Positions 27,734 to 39,070 of a DNA stretch of 64,000 bases are shown in pieces. The stretch comes from Roseivirga sp. (GTDB taxonomy: Bacteria > Bacteroidota > Bacteroidia > Cytophagales > Cyclobacteriaceae), in the NCBI GenBank assembly GCA_965661435.1, contig CBFIDS010000123.1, positions 1,684 to 65,683 of the forward strand, read 5' to 3'. The notes beneath the pieces were generated by a model. It had not been told where the DNA came from. It ran no database searches and saw only the letters and a program-made list of their open reading frames with translations. Position numbers and translations under genes: made by a program. Numbering within the stretch: the stretch's first letter is position 1; the number at the start of each line of letters is the position of its first letter.

Positions 27734-30700
27734 TTGACACAGTTCCAACAAATACTCTCTAAGCACAAAGCATTTATATTCAGTGTATTACTGATTGCTC
27801 TCACCTTGGTGATCGATGAATCTATATTTTCGGATCAAAAGAGAAGGGTTTCTCCTCAAACGACTATTGAACAAAATCTATTTGAAGAGTTAAATGATCT
27901 TGAAAATAAGCTCCAAGAAGTTGGAGATATTGCTCTCATAGACCTGAGCAGGCTCTTCAATCGATTCGAAAGTGATGAACAGTTGCCTTATTTCATTTTT
28001 GAAGATGGAGAGATCATTTACTGGAGTACCAATAGATTTGTCCCTAAATATGGAACCTTAGATGGGGCCTATATCTATCGTTTCCTAGAGCTAAAAAGTG
28101 GAAAATATATTGTCAAACGGAGGGTGATCAATAGTTCCCAAAATAGAGTAGTAGAGATTTATGCTTTACTTCCTTTAAGCTCCGAGGTACCATTGAATGA
28201 TTCATTTCAGGAGTATGGATTAAATGGAGAGATCTTTGGTCGATCTTCATTTACATTAAGTTCAGAGGAATCTAGTGAAGATCAACTGAATATTTATTCA
28301 CCTGAGGGTATTCATCTTTTCTCTTTTTCGGGTTCTGAAAGAATGAAGATTGATTACCCGAATTATGCGGTTCTGATCTTACTACTATATTTAGGCGCAA
28401 CTTACTTTTTTCTTGCAGCTGGTTACAAATATGCAAATCGGCTAGCGAAACAGAACATGATCTTTGGAGGTACTGCCTTGATAGGCCTATTCCTCATCAT
28501 TGCAAGGTATCTGATGTTACGTTTTGAGTATCCGTTAAGTGTAATTGATCTATCTTTATTTCAACCCGACAAATTTGCCGAGAGTGTTTGGCAACCATCA
28601 TTAGGAGATTTTTTATTGAATCAGCTTTCGCTGTTATTCATAGTTGTATATGCATTCAAAAGATTTACAAGTGCTCAAAAGAGAAGAGCTGTATTTAGTT
28701 TGGTTTCAGCATTAGCTTCTGGTTTGCTGCTAATTTTTGGGGTATTTTACTTCAGCTTAGAAGTCCAGTCATTATTTCGAAATTCTCAGTGGTCTTTTGA
28801 CGTGGGAACAGATATCAGTTTTACGCCATTCAAGTTTTTAGCGTATCTATCAATCTTCATCATAGGAGTTATTCCTTTCCTGATTGCTCAATATTTAAGC
28901 TCAGAGTTGAGTAAACTCATTCGAACAAAGCAGGTTGTAATAATTTTTGGAGGTCTTCAGTTACTTTCAGTCATCCTGGTTTTATTAACTAATTCAATCT
29001 ACATTCAAGTCCTAGTTGCCTTAGTTGCATATGTATTTGTTATCTATTATTTCAAGTTTGCCGAGCAGCTGTATAAGATCAATTATTCCACTTTCCTCTA
29101 CTTGTTTACCACTGCACTTTTGGTAGCAAGTGCTTGTAATATTTTATTGAGCGAACACATAGAGAAGGAGAGGTTTCAAGACAAGAGGAGTTTAGCTACT
29201 CGATTGCTATCGAATAATGATCTGGAAGCAGAGTTTTTACTTTCTCAGGCCAAAGATAGAATTGAGTCAGATGTATTGATTCAAGCCAATATTTCAAATC
29301 CTTTTTCTTCCAAAGACCTGATCAGGCAAAAGATTCAAAGGGTGTTTCTCGGTGATTATTTTGATAAATATGAGATAGAAGTTTTAATTTTTAATGGTAA
29401 CGGTATTCAAATCGGTTCTAATAACCCTATTGATTATCAAGCTTATTTAGAGATCTATGGAATAGCTGAAAACCAGACAGAATTTGATGATCTTTTTTTC
29501 TACAGAAGTAACTATCCAGTTGTTCAAAATCAATATTACTTATTCAATGAGATAAGTAGATATGGAGTTAACGTAGGATTTGTTTTAGTTCAATTAGATA
29601 GAAAAGAAGTGCTTAATAACAGTATTTTGCCGCAGCTACTTTTGAATGAAACTTCTGAAAGTACAGACCTACAGCATCTAGATTATGCTGTTTTTGAGAA
29701 TGGAAAACTTGTCAGCAATGTAGGCGATTTTAATTATCGGAAAGATTTTGAAATGGGTCTATTGAATGAAGATCAGATTTTTCAAGCCCCTCTAAATTTT
29801 GCCGGATACGATCATTTTGCTGTTAGAAATCAAGACAATGAACAGGTCTTTGTTATCTCAAGTCATGATTATCCGTTTCAATATAACATCACTAATTTCT
29901 CTATCTTCTTCCTTTTCACAGTTGGATTGATCATGGTGATCTTTGGTATTGCGGCAGGCTATTTTAATACCAGAAAACAATCTGTAACCATTTCAGCGAA
30001 GATCCAGATCCTTTTGAATTTCGCCTTTTTCTTACCATTGATACTTGTAAGTATAGTTGTTTTAAGATTAGTCAATCGTACAGTTGAAGAGAACATCGAG
30101 ACTCAATATTTGACAATTACAGAGAGTGCAGCAGAGAATCTTGCGAATCAATTACAACAGTTTTTGGAAGGTCAAAATGAAAATAATGAGGCCTTAGAAA
30201 ACAGGATCAGTGAGATAAGTCAATATGCAAGGGCTGATATTAACTTATTTAATACGGATGGAAATTTAATAGCTACCAATCAAAGACTGATCTTTGAGAA
30301 TGATCTTTTGGCTCCTTATATCAATCCTAAGGCCATGGCGAGTATTTTTGAATCAGGCTTGAAGGAAGAGTTGCTTGAAGAAAAAGTAGGCAATATAGAC
30401 CTGAGCTATAAGTCTACTTACCATGGTATTAGATCTAATCAAGACAATGAGCTTTTAGGTATTCTTAGTATGCCGTTCTTCGATTCAGAAGAGCAGCTTA
30501 AAACTGAGCAGAGAGATATACTTTCGAACATCCTAAATTCGTTCACTTTCATATTCGTAATCTTTGTAGTCTTATCATTCTTAGCTTCTAGAATACTTAC
30601 TTATCCTTTTAAGTACTTAACACAAAAGATCAAAGAGACTACCTTTTCCAATATTAATGAGCCTTTGGCCTGGCCTGCAGATGATGAGATAGGCCTAATG

Positions 30701-31429
30701 GTTGGTGAATATAACAAGATGTTGTTGAATCTCGAAAAGAGTAAAAAGGCCTTGGCATTAAGTGAAAAGGAAAGTGCTTGGAGAGAGTTGGCTCAACAAG
30801 TCGCTCATGAGATCAAGAACCCACTGACGCCTATGAAGCTCAAACTTCAGCATTTAAAAAGGGTACTATCTTCTGCTCCTGCGATTGATACTGACTTTAA
30901 TAAACCAATTGACAATCTGCTAAGTCAGGTAGATACATTAAGTGATATTGCTACCTCCTTTTCTTCCTTTGCTAAAATGCCAATGCCTCAAAACGAGAGA
31001 ATCAATTTGGTAGAGGTCTTAAAGAAATCTGTGAGATTATTTCATGAAGATAAGATTGAGATGAGTTCAAATATCCCAAAGAATGCTGTTTGGGTCTTTG
31101 GAGATGAGAAGTTGTTAGGCCGTATTTTTAATAACTTGATACTTAATGCATCACAAGCAAAGACAGACGGGCAGGTTTGTCATCTAGATATTGAATTGGA
31201 GGTGACACACAACAAGGCAAGGATCACATTCACTGATGATGGCGAAGGGATTCCCGAAGAAATAAGAGAGAAGATATTTATACCTAAATTTAGCACCAAA
31301 TCAGAAGGTTCCGGTATCGGATTAGCGATTGCAAAACGTGGAGTAGAACATGCCGGAGGGAGTATATGGTTTGAGTCTATTGCTGGAGAGGGAACTACCT
31401 TCTTTTTGGAGTTTCCGCTAACCGATTAA
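27734..31429 (+). CDS. Large multi-TM sensor histidine kinase (NtrY-like HisKA/HATPase)
   Basis: HAMP (DEIGLMV..YNKM), H-box AHEIKNPLTP, N-box NLILNA, DDGEGI, FSTK, GSGIGL. Confidence 0.93.
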   Translation: MTQFQQILSKHKAFIFSVLLIALTLVIDESIFSDQKRRVSPQTTIEQNLFEELNDLENKLQEVGDIALIDLSRLFNRFESDEQLPYFIFEDGEIIYWSTNRFVPKYGTLDGAYIYRFLELKSGKYIVKRRVINSSQNRVVEIYALLPLSSEVPLNDSFQEYGLNGEIFGRSSFTLSSEESSEDQLNIYSPEGIHLFSFSGSERMKIDYPNYAVLILLLYLGATYFFLAAGYKYANRLAKQNMIFGGTALIGLFLIIARYLMLRFEYPLSVIDLSLFQPDKFAESVWQPSLGDFLLNQLSLLFIVVYAFKRFTSAQKRRAVFSLVSALASGLLLIFGVFYFSLEVQSLFRNSQWSFDVGTDISFTPFKFLAYLSIFIIGVIPFLIAQYLSSELSKLIRTKQVVIIFGGLQLLSVILVLLTNSIYIQVLVALVAYVFVIYYFKFAEQLYKINYSTFLYLFTTALLVASACNILLSEHIEKERFQDKRSLATRLLSNNDLEAEFLLSQAKDRIESDVLIQANISNPFSSKDLIRQKIQRVFLGDYFDKYEIEVLIFNGNGIQIGSNNPIDYQAYLEIYGIAENQTEFDDLFFYRSNYPVVQNQYYLFNEISRYGVNVGFVLVQLDRKEVLNNSILPQLLLNETSESTDLQHLDYAVFENGKLVSNVGDFNYRKDFEMGLLNEDQIFQAPLNFAGYDHFAVRNQDNEQVFVISSHDYPFQYNITNFSIFFLFTVGLIMVIFGIAAGYFNTRKQSVTISAKIQILLNFAFFLPLILVSIVVLRLVNRTVEENIETQYLTITESAAENLANQLQQFLEGQNENNEALENRISEISQYARADINLFNTDGNLIATNQRLIFENDLLAPYINPKAMASIFESGLKEELLEEKVGNIDLSYKSTYHGIRSNQDNELLGILSMPFFDSEEQLKTEQRDILSNILNSFTFIFVIFVVLSFLASRILTYPFKYLTQKIKETTFSNINEPLAWPADDEIGLMVGEYNKMLLNLEKSKKALALSEKESAWRELAQQVAHEIKNPLTPMKLKLQHLKRVLSSAPAIDTDFNKPIDNLLSQVDTLSDIATSFSSFAKMPMPQNERINLVEVLKKSVRLFHEDKIEMSSNIPKNAVWVFGDEKLLGRIFNNLILNASQAKTDGQVCHLDIELEVTHNKARITFTDDGEGIPEEIREKIFIPKFSTKSEGSGIGLAIAKRGVEHAGGSIWFESIAGEGTTFFLEFPLTD

Positions 31430-31431
31430 TT

Positions 31432-34400
31432 GTGCTGCGTTGGTCATCGATCATTTTTCTGTTTTTTACAGCTTTTGGAGTTTTTGCTCAGAGTCAATAT
31501 GACCAATGTAAATGGATTCAAACTGGGACAAAAGTAACCTTAGATTCACTAACGGTCTTTCCTGAATCTCTTCGGATAACTGAACCTGAGACTACTATTC
31601 GCTTCAATTTTGACCTGAATACTAACTCAATTCAGATTGAGCATGAGTCTATAGATTCTGTAAGGGTATGTTATAGAACCTTGCCTTATGATCTACATTC
31701 TAATCGCGCAAATAAGACCCTTGATATTTATGATTCTAATGCACTTTTCAAAGATGCTGTTTTGTATCAAGAGACACTGGCTCTACCGAAGAGAGAAGAG
31801 GTAGTTTCAACGGAGAACATCTATAAAACTGGAAGTATCACTAGAGGTGTGTCTTTTGGTAACAGGCAAGATGTTTTCGTGAATTCATCATTGAACCTTC
31901 AAATGGAAGGTCAACTGTCAGAAAATGTAGACCTAAGAGCTGTTATAACAGACAGGAATGTCCCTTTTCAACCAGAAGGGAATACGCAACAGATTCAAGA
32001 CTTCGATAATGTATTCATAGAGTTATACAACGAGAATAATTGGAGGCTAAAGGGAGGAGATGTTGTGCTTCAAAACGGAGAATCTAATTTCCTTAGGTAC
32101 TATAAGAACGTTCAGGGCGCGCAATTTAATTCAAATTATGAGTTACCAGGTGGCTTTGAGGCACAAACCACCGTAGCGGGCTCTGTCGCTAAAGGTAGGT
32201 TCGCGTCTATTTCAATAGATCCTATTGAAGGAGTTCTAGGTCCATATAGGGTGAGAGGTCCAAATAATGAGCGCTTCATAATAATACTGGCAGGTTCAGA
32301 AAAAGTCTTCATTGATGGAAAACAGCTGACTCGTGGTTTTGACAATGATTATGTGATTGACTACAATCTTGGAGAGATCACTTTTACTAATGCTGTCCTT
32401 ATCACCAAGTTTACTAGGATCAGGGTCGATTATGAATTCTCTGATCAAAATTATAGTAGGTCTATTCTTCAAACTAGTCACCATCAAAAGAATGATAGGT
32501 TAAACTTCTCTTTCAATTATTATAGTGAGAAGGACAATCGGAATCAACCACTTCAGTTTGATCTATCTGAAGAAGAAAAATTTATTCTGGCTAATGCTGG
32601 GGATGATCTCGATAATGCTGTTACCACTCGAACAGATAGTGTTAACTATAATCCAGATCTGATACTTTACAGAAAGACTATAGATCAAGATGCTCAAAAC
32701 ATTGACTATGATCTACCAATCCTGATAGTGCATTCTTTGATGTTCGATTCACCGAAGTGGGTCAAGGAAATGGAAATTATAGGGTAAGGTATTCTACTGC
32801 GAACGGAAGAGTTTTTGATTGGGTTGCTCCCGTCAACGGTCAATCTCAGGGTAACTACGAGCCTATTGCCATTTTAAATGCGCCAAATCAGAAATCTATG
32901 GTGACTTTGGGAGGAGGAATTTAGATCAACAAGACAGATGAGCTTCAGGCAGAGGTAGCTTTTTCAAAAAATGATATAAACCTCTATTCTGAATTGGATG
33001 GAGATGACGATAATGGATTGGCCTATAAGATCATTCATCAAGCAAAAGATAGAGGGATTAGTTTTTTGCAAGACTATCAGTTCAATTCCTTGCTTTCCTA
33101 TGAGTTTAATAGCGAGAGTTTTTCATTTATGGATCGACTCAGGTATATAGAGTTCGATAGAGATTGGAGCTACGATCCATCTGATTTCAATCGAAATTTC
33201 ACTGAGAATATTCTGAATGCTGAATTGGGATTGACAAAAAATAGCTTGAATGAGTTTAGCTATAAGCTGGTTAGAAGAAAGAGAGGAGAAGGTGTCGATG
33301 GATTTCAGCATCATTATGAGTTTGCAAAATCATTGGGTCCATTTCAACTTAGATCGAGTGGTTATTTCATGAATAATGAGCAGCCTGTTCTTAATTCTGA
33401 ATGGAGTCGTTTTAATGCTGATCTTTCATACCAAGGGTTATGGTTTATTCCTGGGTATAGATTCAGGCAGGATAGAAATGAGGTAGTTAATAGTACCACA
33501 AGCGAAGTGGTTCGTTCTGCCATGAATTTTGAAGAGCACACTTTTTACCTTAAGAACAGGGATACTCTTAACACCACCTATGGGATCGAATTTCAATCAA
33601 GAGAGGATAGGTTGCCGATGAATGGCGAATTGATTGATAACAATAGTTCCCAAACCTACAATGCCTTCTTCAAAACTAATATTGACAATACTAATCAATT
33701 ACACATCAGATTGACTTATAGAAATCTGGTGAATCTGAATGAATTAGGTGAAGATCGAAATGAAGAGACTATCTTAGGTAGAGTTGATTGGGTTGGTTCT
33801 TTTTTCGATAATATCATCCTTACTGACCTGAATTATGACCTTTCTAATAGCAGAGAACTTAGAAGAGAATTTGTCTTTATACAAGTCCCAACGGGCCAGG
33901 GAACGCATACCTGGCGAGATGACAATGGTGACGGTGTTCAGGATCTCAATGAATTTTACATAGCCATTAATCCGGACGAGAAGAATTATGCAAAGATCTT
34001 CGTGCCAACGGATACTTTTGAAGAGGCATTTAATACAATCATCACTTATAAGCTAAATGTTAACTTCCCTCGTGAGTGGAATCAGCAAATAGGGTTAAAA
34101 AAGACACTTTCTAAATTCTCAAACACTACCGCATGGGGTCTAAATGCTAAAGTAACAGAGGAAGCTCTAGGAGCCCGTTTATTACCTACTAATGTAGCAG
34201 ATGATCAGGTATTAGGTTTTAGAGAAAACCTTCGTTCAACCTTGTTCTTCAATCGAACAAATACTGTTTTTGAGGCAGATGTAGGGATCTCTCGACTTGA
34301 AAATAAACAGTTGTTAACTAATGGTTTTGAAGAGAGGATCAACCAGGATTTTAGGTATCATATCCGTTGGAATTTAAATAAAACCTTCAATTTTGATCTG

Positions 34401-34868
34401 AATTATATTGATGGATTAAGAGTTAGCGCGTCAGATGTATTAACTCAAAGGAATTTTAGAATCATTACTGAAAACCTTAATCCATCTTTGACCTTTCAAC
34501 CTTCCAGAAACTTGCGTATAACAGGATCGCTAGCAATGAAATCAAAGCGGAATAGCTTTGCCGACACCTCCTTTGAGAATGCACAACTAACGGAGATAGG
34601 CTTAGGCACTAGGCTTTCTAAAGCAATTAAAACAAGTGTGACGGCAAACTTTAAACTAGTTGATATCGAATTTGAAGGAGTTGAGACCTCACCAGTCGGA
34701 TATGAATTATTGGAAGCCTTGAGGCCGGGAAGAAACCTTACTTGGAACTTGAATTGGCAGCAAAAATTAGGAAGTGGCTTGCAGCTTTTATTGCGATATG
34801 ACGGGCGCAAATCAGAAGGGAATCAAACTATACACTTGGGTCGAGTTCAAGTAACAGCACTGTTTTAA
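31432..34868 (+). pseudogene. Large (~1140 aa) outer-membrane beta-barrel-type protein with SprA-like motif, interrupted by a frameshift (~32711) and an in-frame TAG (32922-32924)
   Basis: Signal peptide at 31432. Protein-like sequence continues in the frame of the 32994 ORF from 32712 (STNPDSAFFDVRFTEVGQGNGNY...) through one TAG. It ends in the beta-signal-like RVQVTALF. Confidence 0.75.
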
Positions 34869-34920
34869 AATTAATGATTTTAGAAAAGGCTCTAGTGTCA
34901 ACCAGAACCAAAAAGAGATA

Positions 34921-35679
34921 TCAAAAGGAACTGCGTTCTTTGGCTTGACGCATCATCTTATTAGCAAAGACAAATTCATCTAGTTCTTGAACACCAGAAT
35001 GCATGATGTCTCCAGATGTACCTTCCCATAATTTTTTAGAATCAGAGATAAAAAGAACGTATTCACCAATTTCCATCACGGAGTTCATATCGTGTGTTAC
35101 AATAACTGTCGTGATCTGATATTCATCAGTGATCTCAGCTAATAGCTGATCTATTTTAATAGATGTTCTTGGGTCTAGACCTGAGTTAGGCTCATCGCAG
35201 AAGAGGTATTTGGAGTTATTGACAATAGCTCGTGCTATTCCAACCCGTTTTTGCATACCTCCACTGATCTCAGAGGGCATCTTTTTGTTGGTGTTTTCTA
35301 ATTTGACTCTACTCAGTACGGTATTGACTCTTTCCAGTTTCTCAGCCTCAGGCATTTTGGTTAAAACATCCAATGGGAATTTCACATTCTGTTCAACATT
35401 CATGGAGTCGAATAAAGCGCCACCCTGAAAGAGCATTCCGATCTCTCTACGGATATCGGTTTTTACATCTCTGTTTGCATTGATGAAGTCTCTTCCGTTA
35501 TAGAGTATTTCACCTGAATCTGGCTCAAATAGCCCTACAATATTCTTCAGCATAACACTCTTGCCAGAGCCACTAGCCCCAATGATCAGGTTAGTTCTTC
35601 CTTGTTCGAAAATACCTGAGATGTCATCAAGAACTACCTTGTCATCAAATGATTTTGTTAAGTGGTTTACCTCTATCAT
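34921..35679 (-). CDS. mlaF: ABC transporter ATP-binding protein, MlaF/Mkl family
   Basis: GASGSGKS, LFQGGALFDS, ISGGMQKRVGIARA, DEPNSGLDP; adjacent to MlaE. Confidence 0.88.
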   Translation of the reverse strand: MIEVNHLTKSFDDKVVLDDISGIFEQGRTNLIIGASGSGKSVMLKNIVGLFEPDSGEILYNGRDFINANRDVKTDIRREIGMLFQGGALFDSMNVEQNVKFPLDVLTKMPEAEKLERVNTVLSRVKLENTNKKMPSEISGGMQKRVGIARAIVNNSKYLFCDEPNSGLDPRTSIKIDQLLAEITDEYQITTVIVTHDMNSVMEIGEYVLFISDSKKLWEGTSGDIMHSGVQELDEFVFANKMMRQAKERSSF

Positions 35680-36410
35680 CGAACTAAAAGAATTTGAGCT
35701 AGAACAAAATCACTTAAAAGGATGGCTATACAACTTACTGTCACTGCACGAGTGCTTGACTGCCCTACTTCTAGTGCTCCTCCTGTAGTATAATAGCCCA
35801 TAAATGCTGAGATTGAGGCAACCAAGAAGCCAAAAACAACAGATTTGATCAAAGCAAAAGTTACTGTGAATTCATTGAATGTAGTTTTTAATCCAATAAA
35901 ATAAGATGAAGGACTAACTACACCTGCGAACTCCGCGGCTAGATATCCACCACCAATTGCCAAGCTACCGGCTAAAATTACTAAGAATGGATACATGAAA
36001 AGTGTAGCAACGATCTTGGGAAGAACTAGATATGAAACAGAATTGATGCCCATAACTTCCAAAGCATCGATCTGCTCTGTTATTCTCATGGTCCCTAAAT
36101 TCCCTGCAATACTAGACCCAACCTTGCCTGCAAAAATGATAGCCGTAATAGTAGGTGCGAGCTCAAGAATAGTAAGATCTCTTACTACTAATCCTATCAC
36201 TGAATCAGGAATTAATGGGCTGATCAGGTTGTAGGCTGTCTGAACAGTAGAAACAGCACCCATGAAAACGGATACTATTGCAACCAATACAATACTATTG
36301 ATACCAATGTAAATACATTCATCCATGATCAGCTTAAAATAAGTCTTAAACGACTCAGGGTTGCTGAAAAGCTTACCAAGAAAGAGAATGTATTTTCCCA
36401 GATTTCTCAT
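35676..36410 (-). CDS. mlaE: MlaE family ABC permease
   Basis: ELAP, GTMRITEQIDALEVMG, GGALEVGQSST; ATG at 36410. Confidence 0.9.
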   Translation of the reverse strand: MRNLGKYILFLGKLFSNPESFKTYFKLIMDECIYIGINSIVLVAIVSVFMGAVSTVQTAYNLISPLIPDSVIGLVVRDLTILELAPTITAIIFAGKVGSSIAGNLGTMRITEQIDALEVMGINSVSYLVLPKIVATLFMYPFLVILAGSLAIGGGYLAAEFAGVVSPSSYFIGLKTTFNEFTVTFALIKSVVFGFLVASISAFMGYYTTGGALEVGQSSTRAVTVSCIAILLSDFVLAQILLVR

Positions 36411-36513
36411 AGGGTATTTCTGACTAAAAAAGTTTTGCCTGCCTATTATTGGCAAAATAACAAAACTTGTATGAAAGGAACTTTAGTTCCTTAATTAATG
36501 TCCTTTCGAATTT

Positions 36514-37260
36514 TTATTTATGATGATCTGCCGCATTCACAGCAGCACCAATGATCCCGGCATTATTCAATTTTTCTGAGACTAAATAAGCTGTTCTTAC
36601 ATCAATCTGATCTCGGAACTTATGAATATGCTTGCTGACGCCACCACCTAAAATCACTAGATCGGGAGTGAAGATCCTTTCAATGTGCTTTAAAAACCTA
36701 TTGAATCTTTTTCCCCATTCTTCAAATGTTAAGTCTTCTCTTTTTCTTGCTGAATCTGCCGCGTAGAACTCTATAAGGTCTCCGTCTTTGTAAAACATCC
36801 TTCCTAGCTCAAAATTTGGTATAATCTGTCCATCCCAAAATGCACCGCTTCCTAATCCTGTTCCTATTGTAATGACTAAAACGAAACCGGCATGATGATG
36901 TCTCCCTGCACCAAATCTCATTTCCGCAATTCCAGCTGCATCAGCATCGTTGATCACATTAACGGTCTCACCTGAGTATTCACAAATGAGATCATCAACT
37001 TGAGTTCCTTTCCAGCTTTTATGGAGGTTACTACTATACTTGGCCTTTCCATTGACGACCACCGTTGGAAAGGCTACACCTATGTTTTCTTTCCAGTTCA
37101 GTTCATCTTTGATTCCTCTGATTACTTCAGCGACTGCCCCCGGTGTGGAGGGCTGAGGCGTAGGGATTCTTATACGATCAGATATTAGTTTGCCTTTTTG
37201 AGTATCTACTATTGCTCCTTTGATGCCGCTTCCGCCAACGTCAATTCCAAGAATCTCCAT
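36514..37260 (-). CDS. ppgK: Polyphosphate glucokinase / ROK family kinase
   Basis: [44 protein letters not shown]. Confidence 0.88.
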   Translation of the reverse strand: MEILGIDVGGSGIKGAIVDTQKGKLISDRIRIPTPQPSTPGAVAEVIRGIKDELNWKENIGVAFPTVVVNGKAKYSSNLHKSWKGTQVDDLICEYSGETVNVINDADAAGIAEMRFGAGRHHHAGFVLVITIGTGLGSGAFWDGQIIPNFELGRMFYKDGDLIEFYAADSARKREDLTFEEWGKRFNRFLKHIERIFTPDLVILGGGVSKHIHKFRDQIDVRTAYLVSEKLNNAGIIGAAVNAADHHK

Positions 37261-37317
37261 ATAATCATTTTAAACGCACCCAAGATATTGGAAATATAGT
37301 AGCTCTGCAATGAACCA

Positions 37318-37812
37318 TTACGAATCGTGCAGTTCTGCCTGAAGTGCGGAAAGATCCAATGCTTTTGTGTACATGTCCAATTCACCTTGCTTATTTCTTG
37401 GCCATTCACTTTCGGGTTTATCCCAGTAGAGTTCTACACCATTGCCATCAGGGTCATCCAGATAAATGGCTTCAGAGACACCATGATCTGCAAAACCTGT
37501 GAAGGGATGATCATTTTCCTTCAATCGCATATAAATCTTGGCCAGTTCTAACTTAGAAGGATACAAAATGGCAGTATGAAACAAACCAGGGAATTGTTTG
37601 GGTGCTGGAGGTTGTCCATTGCTTTGCCAGGTATTCAAACCGATATGATGGTGATATCCGCCTGCAGATATAAATGCTACCTGATCTCCATATCTTTGCT
37701 GGATTTCAAAACCTAAAAGGCTGCAATAAAAATCTAAAGCCTTATCTAGATTAGATACTTTAAGATGAATATGACCAATTCTGGTTTTGGAAGGAGCTAA
37801 ATAATCTGACAT
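37318..37812 (-). CDS. VOC family protein (CatE-like)
   Basis: IGHIHLKV, GYHHHIGLNTW, GLFHTA, DHGVSEAIYLDDPDGNGVELY. Confidence 0.88.
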   Translation of the reverse strand: MSDYLAPSKTRIGHIHLKVSNLDKALDFYCSLLGFEIQQRYGDQVAFISAGGYHHHIGLNTWQSNGQPPAPKQFPGLFHTAILYPSKLELAKIYMRLKENDHPFTGFADHGVSEAIYLDDPDGNGVELYWDKPESEWPRNKQGELDMYTKALDLSALQAELHDS

Positions 37813-37860
37813 ATATTAAAAACCAATTCGTAATGGAAAAGATTCATTCAATGTTTTTAA

Positions 37861-38568
37861 CTAAAGGTGTAAATAGTAGTCTTTTAATAGACTGTTAAAT
37901 GTGTCGCTGTAATTTCCATTAGATTCTTTGATATAAATATCCTGTGGATAAAGGGGGGAGCATGAATCTTGCTTGATTCCAACTATTATTCTAAAAACAG
38001 GCCCTTCTGATTTATTCCTTAGGATGATCTTGCTGAATGGATATAAATCCTGGCTTTTTGCCAAGCTGATAAATTCGTTCATTTCATATTCGGGATACAT
38101 GATCCATGCTTCTCCACTTACTATTAGGTGCTTTTTAATACATGAAATCAAGTCTCGCATGCTTAATTCCAAAGCGTGGACGGCTTTATTCTTTCCTGTT
38201 TTATTTCCTTTTTGAGAGTTCTTAAAAAAGGGTGGGTTACTGACTATCAGATCATATTTATGGTTAGATGAAAAATCTTGAATAGCTAGCTGATGAGTGT
38301 GGATTTGATTTCGCCATGGCGATTCCTTAAAATTCGATGTGGCCTGTAAGAATGCATCTTCATCTACTTCTACTGCATCGATTTCCACTTTAGCCTTTTG
38401 TGCAAGCATTAGTGATAAGAGCCCTGTTCCGGTTCCAATATCTAGCACTCTCATCTGATCTGCAATAGGAATGATACTCCCAAAGGTGCAGCCGTCAGTA
38501 GTTACTTTCATACCGCATCGATCTTGCTCGATCTTAAATTGTTTAAATTTAAAATAGCTATTAGCCAT
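37861..38568 (-). CDS. tRNA1(Val) A37 N6-methyltransferase (TrmN6/YfiC family)
   Basis: FKFKQF, MKVTTD, LDIGTGTG, SNPPFF. Confidence 0.9.
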   Translation of the reverse strand: MANSYFKFKQFKIEQDRCGMKVTTDGCTFGSIIPIADQMRVLDIGTGTGLLSLMLAQKAKVEIDAVEVDEDAFLQATSNFKESPWRNQIHTHQLAIQDFSSNHKYDLIVSNPPFFKNSQKGNKTGKNKAVHALELSMRDLISCIKKHLIVSGEAWIMYPEYEMNEFISLAKSQDLYPFSKIILRNKSEGPVFRIIVGIKQDSCSPLYPQDIYIKESNGNYSDTFNSLLKDYYLHL

Positions 38569-38611
38569 AAAGCATTGGAAGCCTATTGAAAAACTTTATT
38601 CAAGTAAAAAA

Positions 38612-39070
38612 CTAGGAGTAAAGGCCCGATTCAAAGCCTTCATCTATCAATTGTCCTTTGCTTTCAGCAGCATCAACCGCTAGCTGATCGCATCTTTCAT
38701 TTTCTGGTATGCCGGCATGACCTTTAACCCATTGGAAAGTTACTTTATGCTGCTTATAGATTTCCACAAATCTCAACCATAAGTCTTTGTTCTTTTTGCC
38801 TTTAAAGTCTTTTTTGATCCAGCCCCATAACCATCCCTTGGTAACCGAATCGATCACATATTTAGAATCTGAATAAATCTTAACAGGAGCATCCTTCACT
38901 TTAATTGATTCTAAGCCAACGATGATGGCAAGAAGCTCCATGCGGTTGTTAGTAGTCTTCCTGTAGCCTTGAGAGATCTCCTTTCTGTGCTCTCTGAACT
39001 TCATTACTACTCCATAACCACCTGGTCCTGGGTTGCCTCTAGATGAGCCATCTGTATAGATCGTTATCAT
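38612..39070 (-). CDS. rnhA: Ribonuclease HI
   Basis: IYTDGSSRGNPGPGG, TTNNRMEL, DSKYV, WVKGHAG, NERCD. Confidence 0.97.
   Translation of the reverse strand: MITIYTDGSSRGNPGPGGYGVVMKFREHRKEISQGYRKTTNNRMELLAIIVGLESIKVKDAPVKIYSDSKYVIDSVTKGWLWGWIKKDFKGKKNKDLWLRFVEIYKQHKVTFQWVKGHAGIPENERCDQLAVDAAESKGQLIDEGFESGLYS

Noticed and set aside
32700-32924. Programmed frameshift plus amber recoding in the giant OM protein gene
   Set aside because: No slippery heptamer at the shift; TAG is used as a normal stop elsewhere in the window (e.g. 5603, 7359, 63799); two recoding events are less parsimonious than damage or error
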